Positions 30,569 through 39,048 of a DNA stretch of 64,000 nt are shown one piece after another. Within the stretch, counting starts at the first letter, position 1. The number at the start of each line of letters is the position of its first letter. The notes beneath the pieces are model-generated. The model did not search any database. It saw nothing but the letters and a program-made list of their open reading frames with translations, and was not told the DNA's origin. This DNA comes from an uncultured Thermoplasmatales archaeon (GTDB taxonomy: Archaea > Thermoplasmatota > E2 > DHVEG-1): contig CAZTMK010000001.1 of the NCBI GenBank assembly GCA_964615235.1, positions 6,987 to 70,986 of the forward strand. The letters are read 5' to 3'. Position numbers and translations under genes: made by a program.

Positions 30569-30607
30569 GGAAATATCAATTTCCCACCCTTAAATCGGAG
30601 TGATAAC

Positions 30608-31633
30608 TTGGAGAAATCGACTTATGCTAAAAGCGGTGTGGACATCTTCAAAGAGGAAGAGGCCATAAAAGGCTTACTTTCATCGATAAAAACAAAAAGG
30701 AGTGGGATTGGCAAGTCACTTGGAGGGCACTATGCAGGTCTAATAGAATTCGGAGAATACGCTCTTGTTTTATGTACTGACGGTGTTGGTAGCAAGGTTG
30801 AAATTGCCAATGCAATAGGAAAATGGGATACCGTAGGAATTGACTGCATTGCCATGAATGTAAATGATGCAATATGTGTTGGTGCCGAACCTATTGCATT
30901 TGTTGATTATCTTGCAATCGAGGACCCAAAACCAGAAATTACAAAGGAAATTGGAAAGGGTTTGGAAATCGGGGCTAATTTAGCAAACGTTTCAATAGTT
31001 GGAGGTGAAACTGCGTCACTTCCAGAAATTATAAATGGTTTTGATCTTGCCGGTACATGCCTAGGTTACGTGAAAAAAGAGGAAATTGTAATTGGTGATA
31101 AAATAGCCGCGGGTGATATTATAATTGGGCTTTCAAGTAGCGGCATTCATTCGAATGGATACACACTAGCAAGATACGTATTAAAAAATGCAAATCTTAA
31201 CTACAAAAATGAATTTCCAAATGATTATTACCCCGGTAAAAAGATAGGTGAGGTTTTTCTTACTCCTACAAAGATCTACGTTAAAGAAACACTTGAATTA
31301 TTGAAAAGAATAAAAGTTCATGGAATTTCCCATATCACTGGAGGAGGTTTAAGAAATCTAACTAGATTAAATAATAACGTAAAATTTGTAATTGATAATC
31401 CTTTAGAACCCCAACCAATTTTTAATTTTCTTCGAAAATATGGCAATATAGATGATAAAGAAATGTATCAAACTTTCAATATGGGAATGGGACTGGCAAT
31501 AATAGTATCTGAAAAAGATGCGAAAGATTCAGTTAATTTATTAAAAAAATATTCGACTGCAAATTGTAAAATTGTTGGAAAAATTTCCAAAGGTAAAGGT
31601 GTTGAATTACCTTCTCTTGGATTAAAATACTAA
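30608..31633 (+). CDS. purM: Phosphoribosylformylglycinamidine cyclo-ligase
   Basis: TYAKSGVDI, LCTDGVGSK and GGETA motifs. A TTG start at 30608 is preferred over the track ATG at 30530, which would overlap the thiL 5' end. Confidence 0.7.
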   Translation: MEKSTYAKSGVDIFKEEEAIKGLLSSIKTKRSGIGKSLGGHYAGLIEFGEYALVLCTDGVGSKVEIANAIGKWDTVGIDCIAMNVNDAICVGAEPIAFVDYLAIEDPKPEITKEIGKGLEIGANLANVSIVGGETASLPEIINGFDLAGTCLGYVKKEEIVIGDKIAAGDIIIGLSSSGIHSNGYTLARYVLKNANLNYKNEFPNDYYPGKKIGEVFLTPTKIYVKETLELLKRIKVHGISHITGGGLRNLTRLNNNVKFVIDNPLEPQPIFNFLRKYGNIDDKEMYQTFNMGMGLAIIVSEKDAKDSVNLLKKYSTANCKIVGKISKGKGVELPSLGLKY

Positions 31634-31684
31634 TCTCTCAATTTGATTTTTAGCTCAAAGTAATTTTCAAAAGTTCTCTTCATT

Positions 31685-32428
31685 TTAGGATAATAAAAGT
31701 ATTATTCCAACAATTATTGGCTGATGCAACAAATAAATAATTAAAGAGTTGCGTCCAATCAATTCAAGAAAATGAATAAAATTTGATTTTGAATTATATC
31801 TAATATTCAATCTACGCTTACCGTTCGGATAAAAAAGATTTCCAAAAAATATACCTATTAGAATCACACCAAACCAAGGAAATATTGGAAAATAATCAAG
31901 TGTGTAAAATTGATCGGATTTGAGACCAAGCCAAAATAAATAGTCGAAATTTATTGTTATAGTTCGTAAAAATATTCCAAAAAAAACAAAAATTATTCCA
32001 AAAAAAAGAGAGATTTTTTGATGTTTTAGGAAAGGCAATGCCAGAATTATTGATACACCAATACAATGCAATACCCCAAAAATTATGTAACCATCATTTG
32101 GATAAAACCAAGTAATCATTGTAATTAATAAACCAATACTAAAAATTTTTAATCCACGAAGGATTAATTTATTATTAATTTTTTTTGTATTCATTATATT
32201 CATTTTTTTGTTATAACTCAAAGTTAAGGAAATGCCCACAAGTGTTAGAAAAATTATCGCAACGAAATATTGAAAAATTTTGATTGGCAAGTTATTAAAA
32301 TCAATTGAATAGACATTGAAATAATTGAGATCAAAAAAAATATGATAAAAGATCATCATTATAACTGCTAGACCTCTAGTAAGATCGATTTCCCAATATC
32401 TATCTTTTCTTGGTGGCATTTCAGGCAC
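31685..32428 (-). CDS. DUF1624-family integral membrane protein (HGSNAT-like acyltransferase fold)
   Basis: N-terminal RYWEIDLTRGLAVIMMIFYH motif and multiple TM helices. Confidence 0.45.
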   Translation of the reverse strand: MPEMPPRKDRYWEIDLTRGLAVIMMIFYHIFFDLNYFNVYSIDFNNLPIKIFQYFVAIIFLTLVGISLTLSYNKKMNIMNTKKINNKLILRGLKIFSIGLLITMITWFYPNDGYIIFGVLHCIGVSIILALPFLKHQKISLFFGIIFVFFGIFLRTITINFDYLFWLGLKSDQFYTLDYFPIFPWFGVILIGIFFGNLFYPNGKRRLNIRYNSKSNFIHFLELIGRNSLIIYLLHQPIIVGIILLLS

Positions 32429-32469
32429 AACTATGATACTATGTGGGCATTATAACTTTTTTAAAATAG

Positions 32470-32599
32470 TAGCGGGGAGTGGATTCGAACCACTGATCTA
32501 CGGGTTATGGGCCCGTCGGGATCTCCTGGCTACCCCACCCTTATAGGCAAATATCCTTGGATAATTGCTCGCTATGATGGGAAGCGTTAACCCCCCGCT
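32470..32599 (-). tRNA. Initiator tRNA-Met (CAT), apparently split by an approximately 55-nt intron near the acceptor/D-arm junction
   Basis: On the minus strand the 5' AGCGGGG pairs 7/7 with the 3' CCCCGCT. The A1:U72 pair, A73, and three G:C pairs in the anticodon stem (ACGGG/CCCGT around loop CCCATAA) mark an archaeal initiator. About 55 nt separate the 5' acceptor strand from TGGGGTAGCCAGGAG. The exact exon boundaries are ambiguous within the G-run. Confidence 0.5.
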
Positions 32600-32784
32600 A
32601 TTGCTATATTTTTTGATTGTTGCGAATACTGTTTCACATACTTAAACGTTAATACACTTATAATTTAATTTTTGAAAGTTAGATTATTTCAATTATTGAT
32701 ACTCTCTCGTAATTAAAATGTATATCCCAAAAACTACAAAAGAAATATAACGGATGACTGATTTGTTATCTTTGGGGAATTAAA

Positions 32785-32991
32785 ATGGAAAAAATCGATA
32801 CTCACCTAGTAAAAAAGGTGGCTAAGATTCCCAGAGTGTGTACAAATTGTAGAAAAAAAATTGAGGAAGGAGAAATATATCATCGTGAAGAAGGTATTAA
32901 CAAACATCTTCACTCTCTGATAGCTAGAGAATTTTGCACAGAGTGTTATTCAAAATATGGGCAAGAAAAGCTTATCAAGGGACAATTGTAA
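32785..32991 (+). CDS. Small zinc-ribbon protein (68 aa)
   Basis: CTNC...CTEC double CxxC. Confidence 0.4.
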   Translation: MEKIDTHLVKKVAKIPRVCTNCRKKIEEGEIYHREEGINKHLHSLIAREFCTECYSKYGQEKLIKGQL

Positions 32992-33050
32992 AAAAATATT
33001 CCACCTTATCAATAACATTTTTGAGTTAATGTTATATTAGGGTTCAATCT

Positions 33051-33131
33051 GCAGGGGTACCCGAGCGGTCAAAGGGGCAGGGCTTAGGACCCTGTGACGT
33101 AGGTCTTCGAGCGTTCAAATCGCTCCCCCTG
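33051..33131 (+). tRNA. tRNA-Leu (anticodon TAG)
   Basis: Acceptor stem GCAGGGG/CCCCTGC, anticodon stem-loop CAGGG-CTTAGGA-CCCTG, long variable arm, T-arm GTTCAAATC, discriminator A. Confidence 0.8.
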
Positions 33132-33151
33132 CATCTTATATTTGTTCTATA

Positions 33152-33715
33152 TTGAGGAACAGGATGAAAGTAATTGCTTTTACAGGTATGCCTTTTTCAG
33201 GTAAATCTGAGGCAGTAAAAGTTGCAAATAAAATGAATATTCCGACCGTTAGAATGGGGGATGCTATTTGGGAAGAGGTAAAAAACCTCGGTTTGGAGAT
33301 AGCAGATGAAAACGTTGCAAAAATTGCCTCTGAGATGAGAATAAAATACGGAAAAGATATTTGGGCAAAAAAAACATATGAAAAAGTGCATCAGCTCGAA
33401 AATGAAAAATTTATTATCATAGATGGTGTTAGAAATATAGAGGAAATTGATTTTTTTAAAAATAAGTTAGGAAAGGATTTTTTGTTGATTGCTGTAAAAT
33501 GTTCAGATAAAACAAGACATGAAAGAGCTCTATCAAGAAATCGTGAAGATGATAGTGGAGATATAAAAAGAATTTTGGAAAGGGATCAAAGAGAGAAAAA
33601 GTGGGGAATAGATTTGGTTATGAAATCAGCTAACATAACAATTACAAATGAGGGCTCAATTGAGGATATTCAAAAAAAGATAAAAGAAATAATTCTTGAA
33701 TTTAAAAATCGATAA
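33152..33715 (+). CDS. P-loop nucleotide kinase of the archaeal UPF0200 (adenylate/dephospho-CoA-kinase-like) family
   Basis: Walker A FTGMPFSGKSE; about 185 aa; resembles archaeal UPF0200 proteins. Confidence 0.45.
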   Translation: MRNRMKVIAFTGMPFSGKSEAVKVANKMNIPTVRMGDAIWEEVKNLGLEIADENVAKIASEMRIKYGKDIWAKKTYEKVHQLENEKFIIIDGVRNIEEIDFFKNKLGKDFLLIAVKCSDKTRHERALSRNREDDSGDIKRILERDQREKKWGIDLVMKSANITITNEGSIEDIQKKIKEIILEFKNR

Positions 33716-33748
33716 TTTAATTTATAAATTTATAGATGGAGGCTAAAG

Positions 33749-34000
33749 ATGATGTTTGAAGCTCAAGTAATTGTTAAATTAAAAAAAGGCATTTCTGACC
33801 CAGAAGGTGCAAACACATTAAAAACACTACACCTGCTTGGTTTTGAAAATGTAAAAGATGCAAAAACTTTTCACACATTTGACCTGTTAATCGAAGGAAA
33901 AAACAAAGAAAATGTAAAAAAAGATGTTGAAAAAATGTGTCAAAGATTACTTACTAATCCAGTTATTCATACTTATAAAATAAAAGTAAGTGAAGTGTAA
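33749..34000 (+). CDS. purS: Phosphoribosylformylglycinamidine synthase subunit PurS
   Basis: 83 aa; KGISDPEGANTLKTL matches PurS; immediately upstream of purL. Confidence 0.65.
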   Translation: MMFEAQVIVKLKKGISDPEGANTLKTLHLLGFENVKDAKTFHTFDLLIEGKNKENVKKDVEKMCQRLLTNPVIHTYKIKVSEV

Positions 34001-36380
34001 TATTTCAGGGGAGGCAAAAATGGATATTGATGCTCTTTTTTCAAAAAAAGAAGGTTTAGATTCTGTTTATGAAATCGATATTTTCTCAGCATCTGATGAC
34101 GAATTAATAAAAATTAGTAATCAATTGGGGCTTGCACTTTCGATTGATGAATTAAAAAACATAAAAAATTATTTTCGTAGTAAAAAACGAATACCTACAG
34201 ACATTGAATTGCAGGCTTTAGGACAGGCATGGTCTGAACATTGCTGTTATAAATCTTCCAAAATTCCCTTAAAAAAATTCATTTTTGGCATTTCCGAAGA
34301 TAGAATCGTTGCCCGAGAAGATGCCGGCGTTATCGATTTTGACGACAAATATTATTACTGTGCTGCTCTGGAATCGCATAACCACCCATCCGCCATAGAA
34401 CCATATGGAGGCGCAGCAACAGGTGTTGGTGGAATCGTCCGTGACATCGTCTGTATGGGCGCTCAACCTATTGCCTACATCGACCCATTATTTTTTGGTC
34501 CACTGGATTGTTCTTATAAACAAATTCCTAAGGGTGTAAAACATCCTCGTTTCCTTTTCAAGGGAGTTGTAGATGGAATTAGGGATTACGGAAATCGTAT
34601 AGGCATACCGACTTTAGCTGGTCAGGTATATTTTCATGAGGGATATACTGGAAATTGCCTTGTAAATGTAGGATGTATTGGAATACTAAAAAAAGAAGAA
34701 TTAATTCATAGCCAAGCAAAAGCCCCTGGAAATATTTACATTTACGCAGGTGGAAAGACTGGCAGAGACGGCATACACGGAGTTACATTTGCATCAGCCG
34801 AGTTAACTGATGAAAGCGAGGAAAGCAGCAGATCGGCAGTTCAGGTTGGAGATCCCATTACCAAAGAACCACTAATTCACGCCACTTTGGAGTGTAATAA
34901 AAAAGGCTTATTGGAGGGTTTGAAGGACTTTGGTGGGGGAGGTTTATCCTGTGTCTCTGGCGAATTGGCATATGCTGCAGGTCTAGGAGCAGAAATCCAT
35001 ATCGATAATATTCCTTTAAAGGAAGAAGGGCTAGCCCCCTGGGAAATATGGATTTCCGAAAGTCAGGAAAGAATGATGTTTTTGGTAAAACCAGAAAATG
35101 TTGAAAAAGTCCTTCATATCTGTAAACAATGGGATGTAATTGCTGTAGAAATCGGAAAAGTAATTAAAGACAAGATTGTCAGAGTTTTTTACAAAAATAA
35201 AAAAATTCTTGAGATGGATTTGGAATTTTTAACAGGCGGACCTGTTTATGATCACTGTACCAGGCCTTTTAAATTTAAAGAAATTAATCAAAAGAAGACA
35301 AATGATCCAAATTTTTCAATGCCAGATCTAAATGAAACCCTTATCAAAATTCTTTCATCCCATAATGTTGCTTCTAAGGAATGGGTAATTCATCAATACG
35401 ATCATGAAGTAAGAGGTAACACAGTAATAAAGCCATTACAGGGAAAAATCAACGGAGAAACCCATGGAGATGCAACTGTGGTAAAACCTCTGGAACACTC
35501 CTTTAGGGGACTTGCGGTAACTGCAGATGTAAATCCAAGATTCATGGAAAGAGACCCATATCTTGGAGCTTGTGCGGCAGTTGATGAAGTATGTCGTAAT
35601 CTGGTTTCCGTTGGATCATGGCCGGACTCCCTTTTGGATTGTTTGAATTTTGGAAACCCTGAAAAACCTGAAAGGATGGGTGAATTTTACGAGGCATGCC
35701 GCGGACTGGGAGAAACGGCAAGAACGTTAAATCTTCCTTTTGTTTCTGGAAATGTTAGTTTTTACAATGAATCAATTAAAAGTGCGGTACCTCCTACACC
35801 AGGTTTAGTCGGAATCGGAATCGTTAAAGATATTAGAAAATGCGTAACAACAGATATAAAAAAGGAGGGAAACAGTCTGTATATTGTAGGCAAGCAAACC
35901 GAGTATGAACTCAATGGCTCCGAATACTACAAAGCATTGGATGTTGATGGGGGCGTTGTTCCAAAATCAAATGTTGATTTATTAGCAAAGTGTATGAAGG
36001 GTGTTTACACCGTAATTGAGGAAGGACATGTTGCCTCCTGCCACGATGTAAGCGAAGGGGGAATTGGAGTTTGTATAGCCGAAATGGCAATTGGTGGAGA
36101 GATCGGGGCAAATGTAGATATCTCAAAGATTAACAATAAGTTACGCCCAGACATAAAGCTTTTTTCTGAAACCACTACCCGATGGATTATTGAGGTAAAA
36201 AATGGTTTTGAAAAAGACTTCGAAAAGACTTTGAAAAGACTTGACACACCATATGTAAAGATTGGTAAAACTGGCGGAAACAAACTACACATTTCTGATA
36301 ATAATTCAGTTTTAATCGATCAACCATTAAAAGAGATTGACAGTGTTTGGAGAAATGCAATATTTAAGACAATGGGTTAA
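33990..36380 (+). CDS. purL: Phosphoribosylformylglycinamidine synthase II
   Basis: QAWSEHCCYK, ESHNHPSAIEPYGGAATGVGG and SGNVSFYNE match PurL. The true start is probably the ATG at 34020 (MDIDALF). Confidence 0.75.
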   Translation: MKCNISGEAKMDIDALFSKKEGLDSVYEIDIFSASDDELIKISNQLGLALSIDELKNIKNYFRSKKRIPTDIELQALGQAWSEHCCYKSSKIPLKKFIFGISEDRIVAREDAGVIDFDDKYYYCAALESHNHPSAIEPYGGAATGVGGIVRDIVCMGAQPIAYIDPLFFGPLDCSYKQIPKGVKHPRFLFKGVVDGIRDYGNRIGIPTLAGQVYFHEGYTGNCLVNVGCIGILKKEELIHSQAKAPGNIYIYAGGKTGRDGIHGVTFASAELTDESEESSRSAVQVGDPITKEPLIHATLECNKKGLLEGLKDFGGGGLSCVSGELAYAAGLGAEIHIDNIPLKEEGLAPWEIWISESQERMMFLVKPENVEKVLHICKQWDVIAVEIGKVIKDKIVRVFYKNKKILEMDLEFLTGGPVYDHCTRPFKFKEINQKKTNDPNFSMPDLNETLIKILSSHNVASKEWVIHQYDHEVRGNTVIKPLQGKINGETHGDATVVKPLEHSFRGLAVTADVNPRFMERDPYLGACAAVDEVCRNLVSVGSWPDSLLDCLNFGNPEKPERMGEFYEACRGLGETARTLNLPFVSGNVSFYNESIKSAVPPTPGLVGIGIVKDIRKCVTTDIKKEGNSLYIVGKQTEYELNGSEYYKALDVDGGVVPKSNVDLLAKCMKGVYTVIEEGHVASCHDVSEGGIGVCIAEMAIGGEIGANVDISKINNKLRPDIKLFSETTTRWIIEVKNGFEKDFEKTLKRLDTPYVKIGKTGGNKLHISDNNSVLIDQPLKEIDSVWRNAIFKTMG

Positions 36381-36416
36381 TCGCAATACTTATATGTTGT
36401 GATCTATTTTTAATCT

Positions 36417-36478
36417 AAGTGATGACCGAACCCTTTCTGAGCTTAAAACGCTGTGATGAAGATCTTGAGTGCTGAATT
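36417..36478 (+). ncRNA. C/D-box sRNA (2'-O-methylation guide)
   Basis: C box GTGATGA (36419-36425), 11-nt guide, D' box CTGA (36437-36440), C' box GTGATGA (36453-36459), 12-nt guide, D box CTGA (36472-36475). Canonical archaeal spacing, located in an intergenic gap. Confidence 0.6.
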
Positions 36479-36536
36479 ATGGTCATCTATTTGCAGGTAT
36501 GTAGAAATACATATCTGCAATTTCCTTAAAATTAAG

Positions 36537-37058
36537 TCATTTAGACTCTTTAGCTTTTTTTAAGGAGCGTCTATCTATTTCTTCAACCTCTCTATCAGAT
36601 AAAATCCCCTTGTTTACTAGTTTCATCATTAAAATCTGGTTATGTTCACGAAGATAAATAATTTCCTTGTAAATATCATTTAGCACGGCACTTTGTTTCT
36701 TAAACTCACTTTCTTTATTTTTTAAATAATCTGCTGTCTTATCCAGATCTTGGGATTTCGTTGCTAAAATCTTGTCAACTTGTTTTGATACATTTTTTGA
36801 AATTTTTTCTAGTTCGACATCAATTAGTTTTTGATTTTCACTTTTTATTTCTTTAGCAATTTGTTCTTTAAAAGTCTCCAAATTTTTTAATTTTTTAATG
36901 AGCTCTTTTGCTCCCCCTACCCTTTCTTCCAGTAAAGCAATTTTTGATCTTTCCATGGACATCAGTTGTTCCAACTGCTTGCATTTATCTACAATTTCTG
37001 TGATTTTTGTCTGCAAATATCCTTCTTTCATTATTGGCCCTCTGCTAATTACAAACAA
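36537..37058 (-). CDS. Coiled-coil hypothetical protein
   Basis: Heptad-rich, K/E-rich sequence with no catalytic motif. Confidence 0.3.
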   Translation of the reverse strand: MFVISRGPIMKEGYLQTKITEIVDKCKQLEQLMSMERSKIALLEERVGGAKELIKKLKNLETFKEQIAKEIKSENQKLIDVELEKISKNVSKQVDKILATKSQDLDKTADYLKNKESEFKKQSAVLNDIYKEIIYLREHNQILMMKLVNKGILSDREVEEIDRRSLKKAKESK

Positions 37059-37349
37059 ACTGAAAAAAGTAATTGTTTACAAATCTTTGTAATATTGCAT
37101 TGTATAATTAGACTTCAAAAATATAATCTTTTTAATTAATAACAATGAGTTGAACAATTAAACGAAAAAATGCCGATTAATCAAAAGTGTCAACAATATT
37201 TACCCAAACAATATTAATTTCATGAGGTACACTTTTCTTTCCATTCTTATTTTTCGTCATTTAAAACACTTTACCTTCAAATATTTTCTTCTAAACAAAG
37301 TATATAAAGATAGTGTGGAGAAATTCCAAAATGAAAAAATTATTTATTA

Positions 37350-37823
37350 TTAGTATTGTAAAATAATATTAATGAGGTGTTCATTCTTAGCAATCTCCTC
37401 AATTAAATTTACGTCTTCTACTGTAAATGCATCAGAAACATTGGAGTCAATATCTATCTCGGCGATTATCTTGTTTGAATGTTTTATCGGTACTACAAGT
37501 TCTGATTTTGTTGAAACAAAACAGGAAAGATACCTATTGTCTTGATTTACATTTGGTATAAGTTCGGTTTTACCTGTTTTTGCAGCTGAACCACATATAC
37601 CAGCACCTATCGGGATTTTTGTATGTTCTGTTGGATTTTCTCCTCTCCACGGGCCAAGAGACAGAACATCGCCCTTTACAAAATAGATACCTATCCAGCT
37701 ATATTTTTCAAAGTTTGAATACAAAATATCAATGATATTATCTAAAATGTCAGAGTCCTTTTTATCCTTCAAGATTTTGTCGATTTTTTTCTTAACTTCT
37801 AAATATGAAAACTTCATATGCAC
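37350..37823 (-). CDS. GAF-domain protein
   Basis: 157 aa; the SWIGIYFV...GAGICGSAAKTG pattern fits a stand-alone GAF domain. Confidence 0.45.
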   Translation of the reverse strand: MHMKFSYLEVKKKIDKILKDKKDSDILDNIIDILYSNFEKYSWIGIYFVKGDVLSLGPWRGENPTEHTKIPIGAGICGSAAKTGKTELIPNVNQDNRYLSCFVSTKSELVVPIKHSNKIIAEIDIDSNVSDAFTVEDVNLIEEIAKNEHLINIILQY

Positions 37824-37848
37824 AAATAGTAACTCTGATTTATCTTTA

Positions 37849-39048
37849 TTATGTACTTAATCTAACTCTTAAAAAATCCTGCTCATTTGGAAATTCAAAA
37901 AGTCCGTATTTTCCCCCGCCACCAGGTTTTATAATTATTTTTCCTTCTCTAAACGCCTTAATCGCCTCTGTAACGGCAGGAACAGCTACATCAGAAATAT
38001 CTTCAATATTTGTTTCAAGCAGTACGTCTATTTCATTATTAAATGTAGAGATAAGTTCCCACCAGAAACCATATACTTTTTTTGAAAAGGGATTACGATA
38101 ACCGATAGCTTTTGTAATTATTTCTGGAAGAGGAATCAGATTTACGTAAGGGGGTCTGTGATCTGGATGAATGGGTTCTGAATAATTTGCAATTTCAAGA
38201 ATTGTATCTTTTACTCCTTTTTTTATCTTCTTTCCACATTTACAACGCCATTTCCTTTTTTTAGCCTCCTCATAGCTGTAATGAGTAAAACATGACCTAC
38301 AAGTGGATTCATTATATTTCCCTTCTTCAGGCGGTAAACCGACGTTTAATATTGGTTTATTTCCATTTTGACGCAAAATAGCCTTTTTAATTTCGCTAAA
38401 TGTTAAATCCTTTACTTCAAAGCGGTTAAATTCACGTGCAAATCTAACTGGATGAGGACTATGGCTATCGGAATTTGATAGAAAAGTCAGTCGATGTAGT
38501 TCTTTAATTCTGTCGGCATAATTAGTATCCGCGCTTAGTCCTAGTTCAATAAAAGAAACGTAATCAGTCAAATCTCCATAGCATTCCTTAATTGATCGGT
38601 AGTTATCATAAACTCCTGTCCAAGGGGTAAAGGCATGGGCAGGTCCTATCAAAGCATCAACTTCCTTTGCAATAGATGCAAGTTCTTCTCCTAAAAAATT
38701 GAAAATTGGTCTTCCATCCTTATCAAGGTTTTTTGAAAAATGTTTTGTAATTTTTCTAAATTCTTTAACAGATGAAATACTAGGGAAATAGAGTAAATGA
38801 TGAACGCGATTTTTTGTCTCTACTTCCGAGCTTAGGATAAATCTAGTACCATTAAGCTCAAATGTACCATCATCAATTTTGTTACATCGAGCAATTTCAG
38901 TCAACCATTGGGGATGTAGACAATCACCAGTTCCTACGATATGGATTCCTTTTTTCGGTGCTTCGATTGAAATAGTCCGAAGATCCATTTTTGAGCTCTT
39001 ACCACCAGAGAATCTGGAGTGAATGTGAAGATCTGCGTTAATTATCAT
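37849..39048 (-). CDS. endoQ: Endonuclease Q-like PHP-domain nuclease with C-terminal zinc ribbon
   Basis: N-terminal PHP motif ADLHIHSRFSGG...VGTGDCLHP and C-terminal CRSCF...CKCG zinc finger, matching the EndoQ/TIGR00375 family. Start overlaps the upstream gene by 4 nt. Confidence 0.5.
   Translation of the reverse strand: MIINADLHIHSRFSGGKSSKMDLRTISIEAPKKGIHIVGTGDCLHPQWLTEIARCNKIDDGTFELNGTRFILSSEVETKNRVHHLLYFPSISSVKEFRKITKHFSKNLDKDGRPIFNFLGEELASIAKEVDALIGPAHAFTPWTGVYDNYRSIKECYGDLTDYVSFIELGLSADTNYADRIKELHRLTFLSNSDSHSPHPVRFAREFNRFEVKDLTFSEIKKAILRQNGNKPILNVGLPPEEGKYNESTCRSCFTHYSYEEAKKRKWRCKCGKKIKKGVKDTILEIANYSEPIHPDHRPPYVNLIPLPEIITKAIGYRNPFSKKVYGFWWELISTFNNEIDVLLETNIEDISDVAVPAVTEAIKAFREGKIIIKPGGGGKYGLFEFPNEQDFLRVRLST

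Noticed and set aside
30530-30607. Apparent 39-nt overlap of the divergent thiL and purM 5' ends as drawn by the ORF track.
   Set aside because: The conserved N-termini begin later (thiL GTG at 30525-30527, purM TTG at 30608). That leaves an 80-bp divergent promoter spacer rather than overlapping starts.
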